Translations under genes and position numbers: made by a program
The notes under the pieces: generated by a model
The model's database searches: none
The model's input: only the letters and a program-made list of their open reading frames with translations
What the model was told of the DNA's origin: nothing
Shown: one piece after another, positions 13,587-27,360 of the stretch
Numbering within the stretch: the first letter of the stretch is position 1
Layout of the letters: every line of letters begins with the position of its first letter
Assembly (NCBI GenBank): GCA_964016885.1
Contig: OZ024760.1
Span: 20,336,001 to 20,400,000, forward strand
Reading direction: 5' to 3'
Source: Eledone cirrhosa
Lineage: Eukaryota
Length of the DNA: 64,000 nt

Positions 13587-15267
13587 AATTATATTGTGTT
13601 CTTTATTACATAATTATATATATACACTAAATTAAATTTTGGTAGTGTGTATATATATATATATATATATACATACTTACACACACACACATATATATAT
13701 AAACACATACATATATATATATATATATATACACATATAAACATACATATATATACACACACTCGTAGCCCAATCTCATTAATGGAATAGACTTTCTAAA
13801 GTGTTTATAGATTTTAAATGTGTCATTAAGATGTTTTTTTTTACATATTACATACTACTATTCTCTGTATATATCGGTAAACAATGTTTTAAATGCTAAT
13901 ATAAACTGGATAATTTGTTCTGGGAGTGTGTAATAAACGAATGCCATCATAATGAAAGTGTGTTGAATTATTTTTGTATGTTAGAACTATGAAAATACAC
14001 ACCATAGCGGGATTTTTTGTTGTAACATTAACTAGGAGAGAGGTCTGGTAATAATGCTTTCTGATTTAGGCTCAAGGCCAACAATTTTGGGGGGAGGCGA
14101 ACGTCAATTAAATCGACCCCAGTGCGTGACTGGTACTGTTTCTGATTTAGGCATAAGGCTAACAATTTTGGGGGAGGGAAAAGTCAACTAAATCGACCTC
14201 AGTGTGTAACTGGTATATTATTTTATCGACCCCACAAGGATGAAAGGTAGGATTTGGAATGGAAATAATATTTATTACTTCTGCTTAAAACAAAGTACTC
14301 TCAGATTAACAACTCACGAAAAGAGCTCACTTCTAACGAACCTCTTACATGGTCGTTCTAAGTGTTTAAAAACAACAGTTAAATGTCGCTCAAACCACCG
14401 CCCATTGTATCAAAAAGAGAGGAATATATCAGGTAAGCTACGAGGGTCGGTTAAAAAGTTAATAGACTGACCAAGATACTTTCATGGAATTACCAAATGG
14501 AGTTAACCAACTCACAATCGCCAAGAAATATGAAATAAAGCGAAATCATTATCTTATAGTTGTCAAGGCGGCGGAATGGCAGTCTGTAGAGCGCCAGACA
14601 GCAGGCTTTGTGGTGTTTGTTGCAATCCTTTATGTGCTCAGTTCAAATCCGTCGAAGTCAACTCTGCCTTTCATCGTTTCTGGAACGATAAATAAAGTAC
14701 CAGTTAAATACTGGGGTTGCTAAAGTACCAGAAAGTACTGGAGTCGATAAATAAAGTACTAGTAAGTACTGGGGTTCGATATAATCGACTTTCCTCCACC
14801 CTCTTACCCACAAATTGTTTGCCTTGTACCAAAGTTAGAAAGAATTATTTTAACTTTATGGCATTCCAATAAATTTTATGAATTGGATAGTGTCGCGTGT
14901 TTAACATTAAAACAATTTTTGACATGTCGTTTTAAAGTGGTTGTGTTGGCGACACGGCAAAAAGCGCCCGACCCGCACTGTAAAGTGGTCGTGTAGGTGT
15001 CACAGCAAAAAGCACTTAGTACTCACTGTAAATGAGGTTGGCGTTAAGAAGGGCATCCAGCTGTAGAAACCAAGCCAAAAACCGGTTCTGTATGAGCAAG
15101 ACATGCTAGCATTGCCCACAATAGGAAAACTCGTCTAACCCATGCTAGCATGGATGATGATTATATATATATATATACACATGTAACCAACAGAGTATTT
15201 ATAAATCTACAAGTACTCCAGTATATATAATGAGATGGTACTTCAAGTGGTCTGCATGTGTGTGCGC

Positions 15268-15319
<52 letters not shown>

Positions 15320-16733
15320 ATGTCTATATATATATGTGTTTATTTTCGTTATATAATATACGTTTAGACACACACCCATACATATATATATAGGCATACA
15401 CGCACACGCACATATATATAGACACACATACCCACATATATATATAGAGAGAGACACAAATACACACTTGTTTTCAGTGTTTCGGCTCTAGTGGATGTTG
15501 GTCCCTAATCAGTGGTATACGTTAGTGCTAATACTCTATTGTATGTTTATGAGTTCAATTTCCGGTTAAAAGTTCCCCAAAATGAAAAGCACGTTTGAGA
15601 TAACATCTCATTTCCTTCCTCCATAAATTAAATAAAAGTAAGTAAAAAAAAAACTCACCAGACGGTTGATATATTTTAATAAATGCAATGCCAAGTTTTT
15701 AGAAAGATGAACCTAACGTGTTGTTGTTTAGCCCTAGGCCAGCTCTTATCTGATCAAGCAGAATTATAGCAGACCTGTCAACTCTCCCTGTTGGACGATG
15801 AGGTCTCCCACCCACTTTGAGGTGGGTGTGAGATGTCTTCTCTTGTGAAAATGGGTATAGTTTTCATCATGTAAAATCCCCACATTTTGCCTCATTTCTC
15901 CCCATTTTAAGGCTCTTTTTTTCATAGTACTTCCCGTTTGAGTTTTTAAGGGTTGGCAGGTCTGTAATGGTCAAAGTCAAACACATTCCAGTCGTGACCA
16001 TTTCAGTGTATCTAGGAGTACATTTTTGCCATGTATCTCTGCCAGGGTTGTGAGGTTTTAGGGAGATTTCTAGGATTAGATTTACCATTAATGAAAGTAA
16101 GCATATGTTTAGAACATCAAGGAAGAAGGGAAGAACCATTTGTCATTAAAATACCTTTGCACACTATATATGGTGAGGCTCTAAAATCTTATTAGTGTTT
16201 AGGGCCTCAAAATGGCTTTGTCCAGTCCTGGACAAATTTTATGGGCAAAACCAACCGGCAGGAGACCCGGGAGGTAGGCAAACCCTGAGGAAGATGGTTG
16301 GATAAAATCCATGAGCTTGGCTGGTCCTCATTTGGGGATACAGCCAGATCAAGTGGAGACAATTGCTTCTGATGGTATGTGACAACAATGTTGGTGATTT
16401 ACACGATAAACATACCCAGTATACACTGTAAAGTGATTGAGGATCGGAAGGGCATTGAGCTATACAAATCTTCTCAAATAAATGATTGGGAGGATCCGTC
16501 AGTTGTATCAAAGTCACGACAACCTCTCCTGAGTACTCAGTGAAACCTGAGACTGTACACAAGCGACTCAACACAGATTGTCTGGGAGATCAGTAGCCCC
16601 GCTTCAGTACTAACCCATCCAACCCTTGCTAGCAGAGAAAGCGAATGTTAAAATGACGATGATTATATATATATTATATATAGAATAAGAAAATGTGAAG
16701 TAGTTTCAGATGTTAAAGTCCTTTATTGATAAG

Positions 16734-16808
16734 GCTGTGATACATATTTCAATGACGACAGTGGCCATATGATTCCACTTAACCAATGCCATGATCTCAT
16801 CAGACAGC
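16734..16808 (-). ncRNA. Type I hammerhead ribozyme (candidate, intact core; related copy at 47400-47474)
   Basis: Minus strand GCTGT CTGATGA GATCATGGCA...TGTCGTCATT GAAA TATGTA TC ACAGC. Perfect 5-bp stem I, long stem II, self-complementary helix III, AUC triplet. Confidence 0.78.
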
Positions 16809-17220
16809 TTCTTACATAATAAGGTTACGTTCTCCAGGCAATCCAAATTAAAACAAGGAAGCATATATATATATATATATATTATGTTTTTGTGTGTGAA
16901 CACACAAAAACAAGATGGCGTAGGACAGAACAAAGGAGAGGCACAAAAACAAAGAAAAGAATCTCCAGTCACTGAAGAGGTCACAGAATGTGTGACGAAA
17001 GAAATTTGACAATATATGAACAATCGTCTGGTTGTGGAACCAACCAACCAACCTGAAATTTATAAATTCTTAAATTTATAAATTTAATTTATAATAAATT
17101 GGAGTGAAAGCAACTGGTGCACGTGTTTCTTATTGGCAACATGACCCTCCCAAAGCATAACAATATCGGTTTCAACACACGTTTTCAGATAAAGAATCTT
17201 GCTAAACAAATTCAGAAACG

Positions 17221-17257
<37 letters not shown>

Positions 17258-20200
17258 AATTTATCATATATTAATTTCCATATCATTAATACTAACCAAA
17301 CCAATTTCTGAAAGGGCAAATATTAATGTACTAGTGTAGCTGTTGTTGTAAGCATGCCCCCTCCCTTTTGATAGTTGCAACCATTTTGAGAATCACTAAA
17401 ATAATCCAATCCAGATACTCTTTTGCTATTTTACGTGGCTAAGGCCATACTGGGGCACCGCCAGCCACGTATATTTATAGTTTTAAATGTAAATTTATCA
17501 TTTGTTAATCTCCATAACATCAATTATTGACAAAACCACAAGATTTTCTCAATGGTCAAATATTGTATCATATTGTATTGTTGTTGTAGCTGCTGTTGTA
17601 TTTGTTGTTGTTATTGTCTTAGTTGTTGTTGTTGTTGTTGCTATTGTTATGCTGTTGTTGTAGCTGTTGGAGTTGTCCCTGTTGTTGTTGTAGTTGTTGC
17701 TGTTGTATTGTAGTTGTTGTAGCTGTCGTTGTTATTGTAGTTGTTGTAGTTGTTGTAGCTGTCGTTGTTATTGTAGTTCTTGTAGTTGTTGTAATTGTTG
17801 TAAGCCTGAATAATGTAATAAATCAATTGATTATCTTGGTTTTTCTCGATTTGGACAGATCAATCAGAGAGATGTTACTGCTCATATCATGCCAGACCAA
17901 CTTTATAATGTTATATATCTATAAATAAAATGGCTGTTTGTGGTTCTACAACCCTAGGATAAACCTCAACAGACAGATCATAGGTAGTCCAACTGTGATC
18001 ATGCCATTAATTTTACCTCAGGCATAGTGTATCTTGGACCATATTATCTAATGTGTCATCGTTGGAAGTCTGAGTGTGGTTTGAAGGAAATTTGGCTGCA
18101 ATTTCTATCAGATTAAACAACCATGTAATAGTATATCTAGGACTATATTATCTAATGTGTCATCGTTGGGAGTCTGAGTGTGGTTTGAAGAAAATTTGGC
18201 TGCAATTTCTAACAGGTTAAGCAACTATGTAAAGTCACATTCGTTGGTTTGTTATCTGATAGTTTCTAGTTCATGGTATTTTTAGACACGGTTTTCATTC
18301 TTAGAAATAAAACAGTAAAAAATATATATATATATATATTTAAAAAAGAAACAGAGATGAGATGACAAGAAACGTTGAAGTAAAATCTATGATAAAAGAC
18401 ATTCTACCCATGACCATCCTGTCTTTGTTTTACAACTTGTAATACAAACATAGTATAGGTAATATTACACTATCATAGTGTATATAAAGTTGGTAATAGA
18501 CCCAGTCTAAACATCTAATGTCTGTCATGGAGGCTAACCAGGCTGTTGCTTATCTCTGGGTTTTGTGGCATGAAATGACTGAGCGTACAAGATCCCACTG
18601 CCCCTCCCACCCTCCCACTAGGCAGGACACCAGTCCATTGCAGAGTTAACCCCCCACTTATTGCTGGTACTCATTTTCAGCTGAGTATACTGGAGCAATG
18701 TGAAATAAAGTGTTTTGCTCAAGAACACAACACACAACCTAGTCCAGGAATCAAATCCACAACATTACGACTGTAAATCCAACACTGTTTCAGCTAAGCC
18801 AAATGTAAAATATAGGCCATCTTTTCAAATTGATCAATAACTGGGAATGGTTCAATCAGCTTATACAGCCCCTTTGAATCCCAGGTAGAGGGGACAGATA
18901 CAGGTAGGGTCTGTTTAATAATGTAGTGACATACAGGAAGATAGCAAGCTTTGATTCTCTGTGGTTGGTGGTTAAGGTGGAGGGAATCGAATTGATTGAC
19001 AAGATACCAGACCTCATTTGCATAATAATTGGATGGGAACTCCTCTGATCAGACAGAGGAAATGATGTTTCCATTGGTCTTTCCATTGCTGATACTATCT
19101 ACCAGTCACAACTCCTGGAAGAAATATATATATTCATAAGTATATATATATATATATATAACAAAGGAAATGTGGTAAGGAACCAGGTGGACCATAACGC
19201 ACCAAAGTACTCAATACTTAGGGTAGTAGAGTGGGTAATAGGAACGAGTTGGACCCCGACGGCTGAGCTCAAGCCGTTTCGACGGTCCAGATTTAGCCGT
19301 CGAAACGGCTTGAGCTCAGCCGTCGGGGTCCTACTCGTTCCTATATATATATATATCAACTAGAAATTGATTGACATATACATATATTTAAAATAAACAC
19401 ATGAAACAATCACAGGGGATAATTTGTAAAGTGTGTAAGCACACACAGCTAGGTAGGTAACTAATTAAAGTTTAACTAGAACTTCAAATATTACCTTTTA
19501 AAAATGATTAATCTTCCTTGTATATATTTCATCAGATTTATTCATTGGAATCTTTGAGCTTATTCTACAGTGGATATGGCACATGTCTCAGATATGACCC
19601 TTAATTTAATTTAATTTTGGATATATATATATATGAAGGAAATTAATTGACAAGATCCCAAATGTCATTCACTTACTGACTGGGGTGAAACTCATCAGAT
19701 CGGGCAGATACCTCACGATAACGAATCCAATTGTCTAACCATTAAGCTACGCTAAGGTGAAAAAAACGGTCTACCTTTTTATTTGCTGTGTCAGATTTGA
19801 AGCTTCCTTCTGTTTGGGGCTGAACAAAAGTGAGAAAATATTAAGGTTCGGGCTACTTATGTCTCTTTGAAGTTGTCTTGTTCTCAGGCATTGCAACCAG
19901 TGTATGTGTATATATATATATATATTTATTTATATAATAATAATAATGAAAATTATTGTATACAATGCTCAGGTGCACTACAACTCATCAAAGGTGCATG
20001 TATAGTACATAGAATAATGTACAAATGTCAGGAAAGTGAACAGTGTACGAGTAATGATATACACACAGATACATACATACATGCTTGTGTGTGGAGGGGG
20101 AATATCAGGTGTAGTGTTGGCGAATTTCAGGAAGCATGGAAGTTTTGAAGGATGCAGAGTCCCAACAGCTAACAACTGATGCAGGTAGTTTGTTCCATGC

Positions 20201-21506
20201 TTCAGCAACTCTAAGTGTGAAGAAATGTTCCTGAGTAAACCATACTCGAGGATGTGCATTTTATCTAGCAGATTTGCACAGGTTGAAAATCTACTGGGTG
20301 AAACACATGTCCTCGAGTATGGTTTACTAATATGTTGTGGAACTAACTCTATACCGAACTTGTCCTCTGGACTGAGTGCTCTGCTTGCTACGGGTGTAAC
20401 CTCCCAGTTGCTTACCACTATATATATATATAAGCACAAACAGGGGATATTTCCCATCATCAGTTGTCTGCTGCCAAATACGCATTAAAGACAATATGTC
20501 TAGCTCCAGTGCGTCAATAACTAAAGGAAGTTATTCGGGAAAAAAAGGAGAGTTGCCTTACTCTCTCTTCAGTTGCTTACATACATGTGCTTTTTGTGTT
20601 TCCCTCTTCGGTATGTTTTTTTTTTCCTTTTTTCCCCTTTTTTTCTTTCTTTTTTCTCTTGTTATATTTTTTTCTCTCACTCCTTTTTTTTCCCCCAATT
20701 ACTTCCTTTAGTTATTGATGCACTGGAGCTAGACATATTGTCTTTAATGCGTAGAAATGTCTGTAATTGCCAGCAGACAACTGATGATGGGAAATATCCT
20801 CCGTTTGTATATATATATATATATGTACAGCTGTCGTCTTTCATGCACATCACGTGACCATACCAAGGTAATCTTCTCTCAAGTAAACAGCATCTGATCC
20901 CTCTTATTCCTAATTTCTCACTGCGATGACATGATAAAATTCGACCTTGCACACTTGCACCTCTCTAAGAGAATGTCACTGGCGCCACACAGTAATACAG
21001 AAGACCCGCTTTCCCTACATGCAAACTTAACATACACCCCAACCCACTACCCGAACTCCATCCTTCCACTCCCGCCAACACCACCCCCTCTCTGTAAAGT
21101 TATGTTGGTACCACAACATCCAGTCCAAACTAATGAGGTTGTGTAGGTGTCACAACAAAAAACACACAGTCCACGCTGTAATATGGTCGAGTAGGTAACA
21201 GGGTAAAAAGCTCCCAGTCCACACTGTAAATGTGGTTGGTGTTAGGAAGGGCATCCAGCCGTGGAAAACCTGCCAGATACAGTCCTATATGAGCGAGACA
21301 CGGTCACCCGACCAGTCTTGCCTCAAGTGGGACAATTGGTGTCTAACCCATGCTAGTGTGGAAGATATATATAGTGTGGAAGATGTACATATATATAAGT
21401 GGTAACAAAACAGTTCTCCATATGGTGAACTAACTGTTGTTACCACTTCTACCTAACTCGTCCCCTGGACTGAGTGCTCTACCACTACGGATATTACCTT
21501 CCAGTG

Positions 21507-21569
<63 letters not shown>

Positions 21570-21683
21570 TGTATATATACACATACACACACACATACAT
21601 ACGTACATATAGCAGTTTAAGAAGATAATTGATGTTTTTGTAGAGATTCTACTTTAAGTTACTATATCAAGTGTGTGTTTGTG

Positions 21684-21723
<40 letters not shown>

Positions 21724-21854
21724 TGAGACATACAGGGAGAAGGGGGAGATAAAGCCCAACTTTGTATTTGTAGCACAAAGAAGAAACTACTCAATAGTGA
21801 GAACAAATATGTGGATTTCATGTCTGGAAATTCAATATAACTGTCTTATTGATT

Positions 21855-22780
21855 TACATGGTGTGTGGTGTACATGGTGTGTGTGGCGGTGGTGTACATA
21901 GTGTGTGTGTGTGTGGTGTACATGGTGTGTGTGGCGGTGGTGTACATGGTGTGTGTGTGTGTGGTGTACATGGTGTGTGTGGCGGTGGTGTACATGGTGT
22001 GTGTGTGTGTGGAGGTGGTGTACATGGTGTGTGTGGCGGTGGTGTACATGGTGTGTGTGTGGTGTACATGGTGTGTGTGTGGAGGTGGTGTACATGGTGT
22101 GTGTGGCGGTGGTGTACATGGTCTGTGTGTGTGTGGTGTACATGGTGTGTGTGTGGAGGTGGTGTACATAGTGTGTGTGTGTGGAGGTGGTGTACATGGT
22201 GTGTGTGTGGAGGTGGTGTACATGGTGTGTGTGTGGTGTACATGGTGTGTGTGTGGAGGTGGTGTACATGGTGTGTGTGGCGGTGGTGTACATGGTCTGT
22301 GTGTGTGTGTGGTGTACATGGTGTGTGTGTGGAGGTGGTGTACATGGTGTGTGTGGCGGTGGTGTACATGGTCTGTGTGTGTGTGTGGTGTACATGGTGT
22401 GTGTGTGGAGGTGGTGTACATGGTGGGTATGTGTGGTGGTGTTCATTGTGTGTGTATGTGGCGGTGGTGTACATGGTGTATGTGGCGGTGGTGTACATGG
22501 TGTGTGTGGAGGTGGTGTACATGGTGTGTATGTGTGGTGGTGTTCATTGTGTGTGTATGTGGCGGTGGTGTACATGGTGTGTATGTGTGGTGGTGTTCAT
22601 TGTGTGTGTATGTGGCGGTGGTGTACATGGTGTGTGTGTGTGGTGTACAGTCACCACCACCACCACCACCACCTTCATCTTCACTATCATCACCACCACG
22701 ACCTTTCATCATCATCACCATCATCACTACCACCATGACCATGACCATCACCACCATCATCGCCACCACCACCACCATGA
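21855..22780. repeat. GT-rich compound minisatellite (ggtggtgtacatggtgtgtgt) followed by (CAC/CAT)n
   Basis: Direct inspection; explains the six-frame low-complexity ORFs. Confidence 0.95.
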
Positions 22781-23136
22781 TCACAGTTTTACATCCACTT
22801 TTCCAACTTGCGTGGGTTTGATAGGTCTTGTGCACCCTAACTTCAGTTATTGCTGTCCAGTTTTTCCTTATCTCCTCTGTGAACTTCAGATAAAATATCT
22901 CAAATGTAATTCCATTTAAGAAATTTTCGTTATGTTACAAATACCATCTTAATTAACCCTTTAATGTTCAAACTGGCCAAAACCGGCCAGAATTCTCTAC
23001 CTCTTTCTGTTGAAACTGGCTGTAACTGGTCGCTCAAACTGATGTTAAGGTATTGTTCTCAAAATAAATACTTTCAAAATTTCATAGTTTCATAATTATC
23101 TGAGATAATTATGTGAGGTAAAGCCTTTACCATGAA

Positions 23137-23612
23137 AATATAATAGTATATATAGAGTAATGTAAATATAATAGTATATATAGAGTAATGTAAATATAAT
23201 AGTATATATAGAGTAATGTAAATATAATAGTATATATAGAGTAATGTAAATATAATAGTATATATAGAGTAATGTAAATATAATAGTATATATAGAGTAA
23301 TGTAAATATAATAGTATATATAGAGTAATGTAAATATAATAGTATATATAGAGTAATGAAAATATAATAGTATATATAGAGTAATGTAAATATAATAGTA
23401 TATATAGAGTAATGTAAATATAATAGTATATATAGAGTAATGTAAATATAATAGTATATATAGAGTAATGTAAATATAATAGTATATATAGAGTAATGTA
23501 AATATAATAGTATATATAGAGTAATGTAAATATAATAGTATATATAGAGTAATGTAAATATAATAGTATATATAGAGTAATGTAAATATAATAGTATATA
23601 TAGAGTAATGTG
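23137..23612. repeat. 28-bp minisatellite, about 17 copies, inside a piggyBac-like MITE
   Basis: Unit aatataatagtatatatagagtaatgta. Confidence 0.96.
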
Positions 23613-25954
23613 AGAGTAATGTGAATGCTAAAGGGTTAATGTAAAAATTAATTGTTTCTACTTTAGGCACAAGGCCAGCAATTACCCAGTGCATTACTGG
23701 TACTTTATTTTATTGACCCCGTAAGGATGAAAGGCAAAGTCAACTTCGGCGGGATTTGAACTCAGATCGTAAAGGGACGTAACTCTATGCTGGAAAGCAT
23801 GGCGTCCGACCCTCTACCGATACTGCCAATCCACTGCCCTTATGTAAATGTAATAATTAATAATATCAGAAAATCTTTCCAAATTCTTCATTAATTCAAA
23901 TACAGTAATGAAAAGGTTAAGCCCTGGTGGAATCATAAGGGTTGCCCTTGTGATACAGAGGGCGTGTGTTGGGCCTTTTAAATCTCGTGGAGCACATGCC
24001 TCTCCTGGTCTAGACAGTCAATTCTCTTTAAGAGTCAGAGAGATGAAAAGTGAGTAAGAGATATGCATGGATGAACTCCTGGAAGAGTCATTGGGACACT
24101 GTATTTATGTATGGCATTTCTAGGACATCTTTTAAAAACCTGACAGAACCCATCTCCTCTCCAGGCCTAGAGAAGTATATATATATATTTATTATCATCA
24201 TCGTCGTTTAACGTCTATTGTCTACACTAGGATGTGTAGGACGGGCTGTCCCTTTGTGATAGATCAGGTCAGAGGACCATGTTTCGCTCACTGACGGCTG
24301 ACTTGGGTTTGGTTTCTACGGCTGGATGACCTTCCTAACGCCAACCACATTTACAGTGTGCGCTGCGTGTTTTTTGTCATGACGGTTACACAACCACTTT
24401 ACAGTATGGATTGGGCAATATATATATATATATACAAAAAAAGTGCAGGGTGATCAAAATTGACGGCAGTTACAGAGTAGGCAGACCCAGAAAAACCTGG
24501 GATGATTTGATAAATTCCAACTTTACACACTTACACCTCTCTAAGACAATGTCACTGGACCGAGATCTTTGGCGCTACACAGTAATACAGAAGACCTGTC
24601 TTGCCTAAGTACAAAGCGAAACCTACAGTCAGTAGGCACCTCTTAATCAAATATACACCCCCATCCCACTACCCCCATCTCTCCCACCCTCACCCCCATC
24701 TACACCACCCCTTTCTCTGTAAAGTTATGTTGGTACCACAACATCCAACCCTAAATAAATGAGGTCGTGTAGGTGTCACGTCACGACAAAAAAACATAGA
24801 GTCCATGCTGTAATGTGGCCGTGTAGGTAACATGGTAAAAACCTCCCAGTTCACACTGTAAATGTGGTTGGTGTTAGGAAGGGCATCCAGCCATAGAAAA
24901 CCTGCCAGACAGTCCTATACCAGCGAGACCAATCGTGCCTCAAGTGGGAAAATTTCCGTCTAACCCATGCTAGCATGGAAGATAGATGTTAAACGATGAT
25001 GATGATGATACAAACACACACACACACATTGCAGACTGTTCCTTCTGACAGGATCAACTGGGAGGTGTGTTTAAGGACTCTACCTCTATAACCATCCAAG
25101 TTATAACTGGGTCAAGAACAACAAGATGCGTTTATCTTCATTTTGTTGTCATTTGTGTTAAATCCTGTTTTGTGTTTCTAATGAGATAATTAATATTGTC
25201 TGCTGTACACCAGAAGATACCAGCTTGTGATGTACACTCCCCTCTCTCTGTCTAACAGGCTGTCTTTGTCTCATCTTACAGATATATATGTATCCACAAA
25301 TGGACACACACATACATGTACACAAACACACACATCATCCTATATATATAATATAATGAAATTATTGTGTAAAGTGCTCAGGTGCCAAAGGACAACTTCC
25401 TATTATTTAAACATGACCTCCAGTCTCACCCATCCCATATCTCTCTACTGTGTGTATTGTGTGTGTATATATATATATATATATGGATATATATCATCAT
25501 CATTCATCATACGTCCGCTTTTTCCCTGCTTGCAAGGGTGGGACGGGAACTGATTCTGGCTTGATTTCTACAGCTGGATGCCCTTCCTAACACCAACCTC
25601 ATTTACAGTGTGGGCTGGGTGCTTTTTTTCCGTGGCACCTCCACGGCCACTTTACAGTGGAATGATAGGGACCCCAGTCCCTATCATCTCATTTATACAG
25701 CTGAGTAAACTGGAGCAATGTGAAATAAAGTGTCTTGCTCAAGGAAACAACACATCATGGATATATTTGTGTGTATGTGTATATATATAAATGTATATAG
25801 ATATACATTTATATATATACACATACACACATTATATGTAAGCATTTAAAATGTCATTAATCTTTAATAGTTTGATAGCTTCAGTCATTATTCAATTTAT
25901 TTTCTTGTATTGTATATATGTAATTAAATTCTCTCTCTCTCTCTCCCTCTCTCT

Positions 25955-25979
25955 CTCTATATATATATATATTTATATT

Positions 25980-26036
<57 letters not shown>

Positions 26037-26141
26037 CTATATATATATATTTATATTTATATCTATATATATATTTATATATATATTTATATTTATATCT
26101 ATATATATATTTATATTTATATCTATATATATATTTATATT

Positions 26142-26172
<31 letters not shown>

Positions 26173-26173
26173 T

Positions 26174-26206
<33 letters not shown>

Positions 26207-26387
26207 TTATATATTTATATATATATTTATATATATATTTATATATATATATTTATATATATATTTATATATATATTTATATATATATATATATATTTAT
26301 ATTCATATATATTTATATTTATATATTTATATTTATATTTATATATATATTTATATTTATATATATATATATATTTATATATATATT

Positions 26388-26420
<33 letters not shown>

Positions 26421-26449
26421 ATATATATTTATATTTATATATATATATT

Positions 26450-26481
<32 letters not shown>

Positions 26482-26631
26482 TATATATATATATTTATAT
26501 ATCTATATCTATATATATATATATATCTATATCTATATATATATATATTTATATATCTATATATATATATATATTTATATATGTATATATATATATATTT
26601 ATATATCTATATATATATATATTTATATATC

Positions 26632-26662
<31 letters not shown>

Positions 26663-26721
26663 CTATATATATATATATATATTTATATATCTATTTATAT
26701 ATATATATATATATATTTATA

Positions 26722-26762
<41 letters not shown>

Positions 26763-26955
26763 CTATTTATATATATATATATATATATTTATATATCTAT
26801 TTATATATATATATATATATATTTATATATCTATATATATATTTATATATCTATATATCTATATATATATATATTTATATTTATATATCTATTTATATAT
26901 ATATATATATATATTTATATATCTATTTATATATATATATATATTTATATATCTC

Positions 26956-27004
<49 letters not shown>

Positions 27005-27159
27005 TTATATATATATATATATATATTTATATATCTATTTATATATATATATATATATATTTATATATCTATTTATATATATATATTTATATATCTATAT
27101 ATATATATTTATATATATATATATATTTATATATCTATTTATATATATATATATTTATA

Positions 27160-27198
<39 letters not shown>

Positions 27199-27360
27199 CT
27201 ATTTATATATATATATTTATATATCTATTTATATATATATATTTATATATCTATATATATATATTTATATATCTATTTATATATATATATTTATATATCT
27301 ATATATATATATATATTTATATATCTATATATATATATTTATATATCTATATATATATAT
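25955..27360. repeat. 1.4-kb interrupted (TA)n/(TTTATA)n/(TCTA)n tract
   Basis: Direct inspection. Confidence 0.97.

Noticed and set aside
19680-19755. tRNA gene or CTGATGAG motif on the minus strand
   Set aside because: Degenerate A and B boxes without a cloverleaf, typical of a SINE head; no downstream GAAA or stems.
21832-22919. Long His/Pro/Thr and Val/Cys/Gly ORFs in all frames
   Set aside because: Low-complexity minisatellite, open on both strands, with no splice or homology support.
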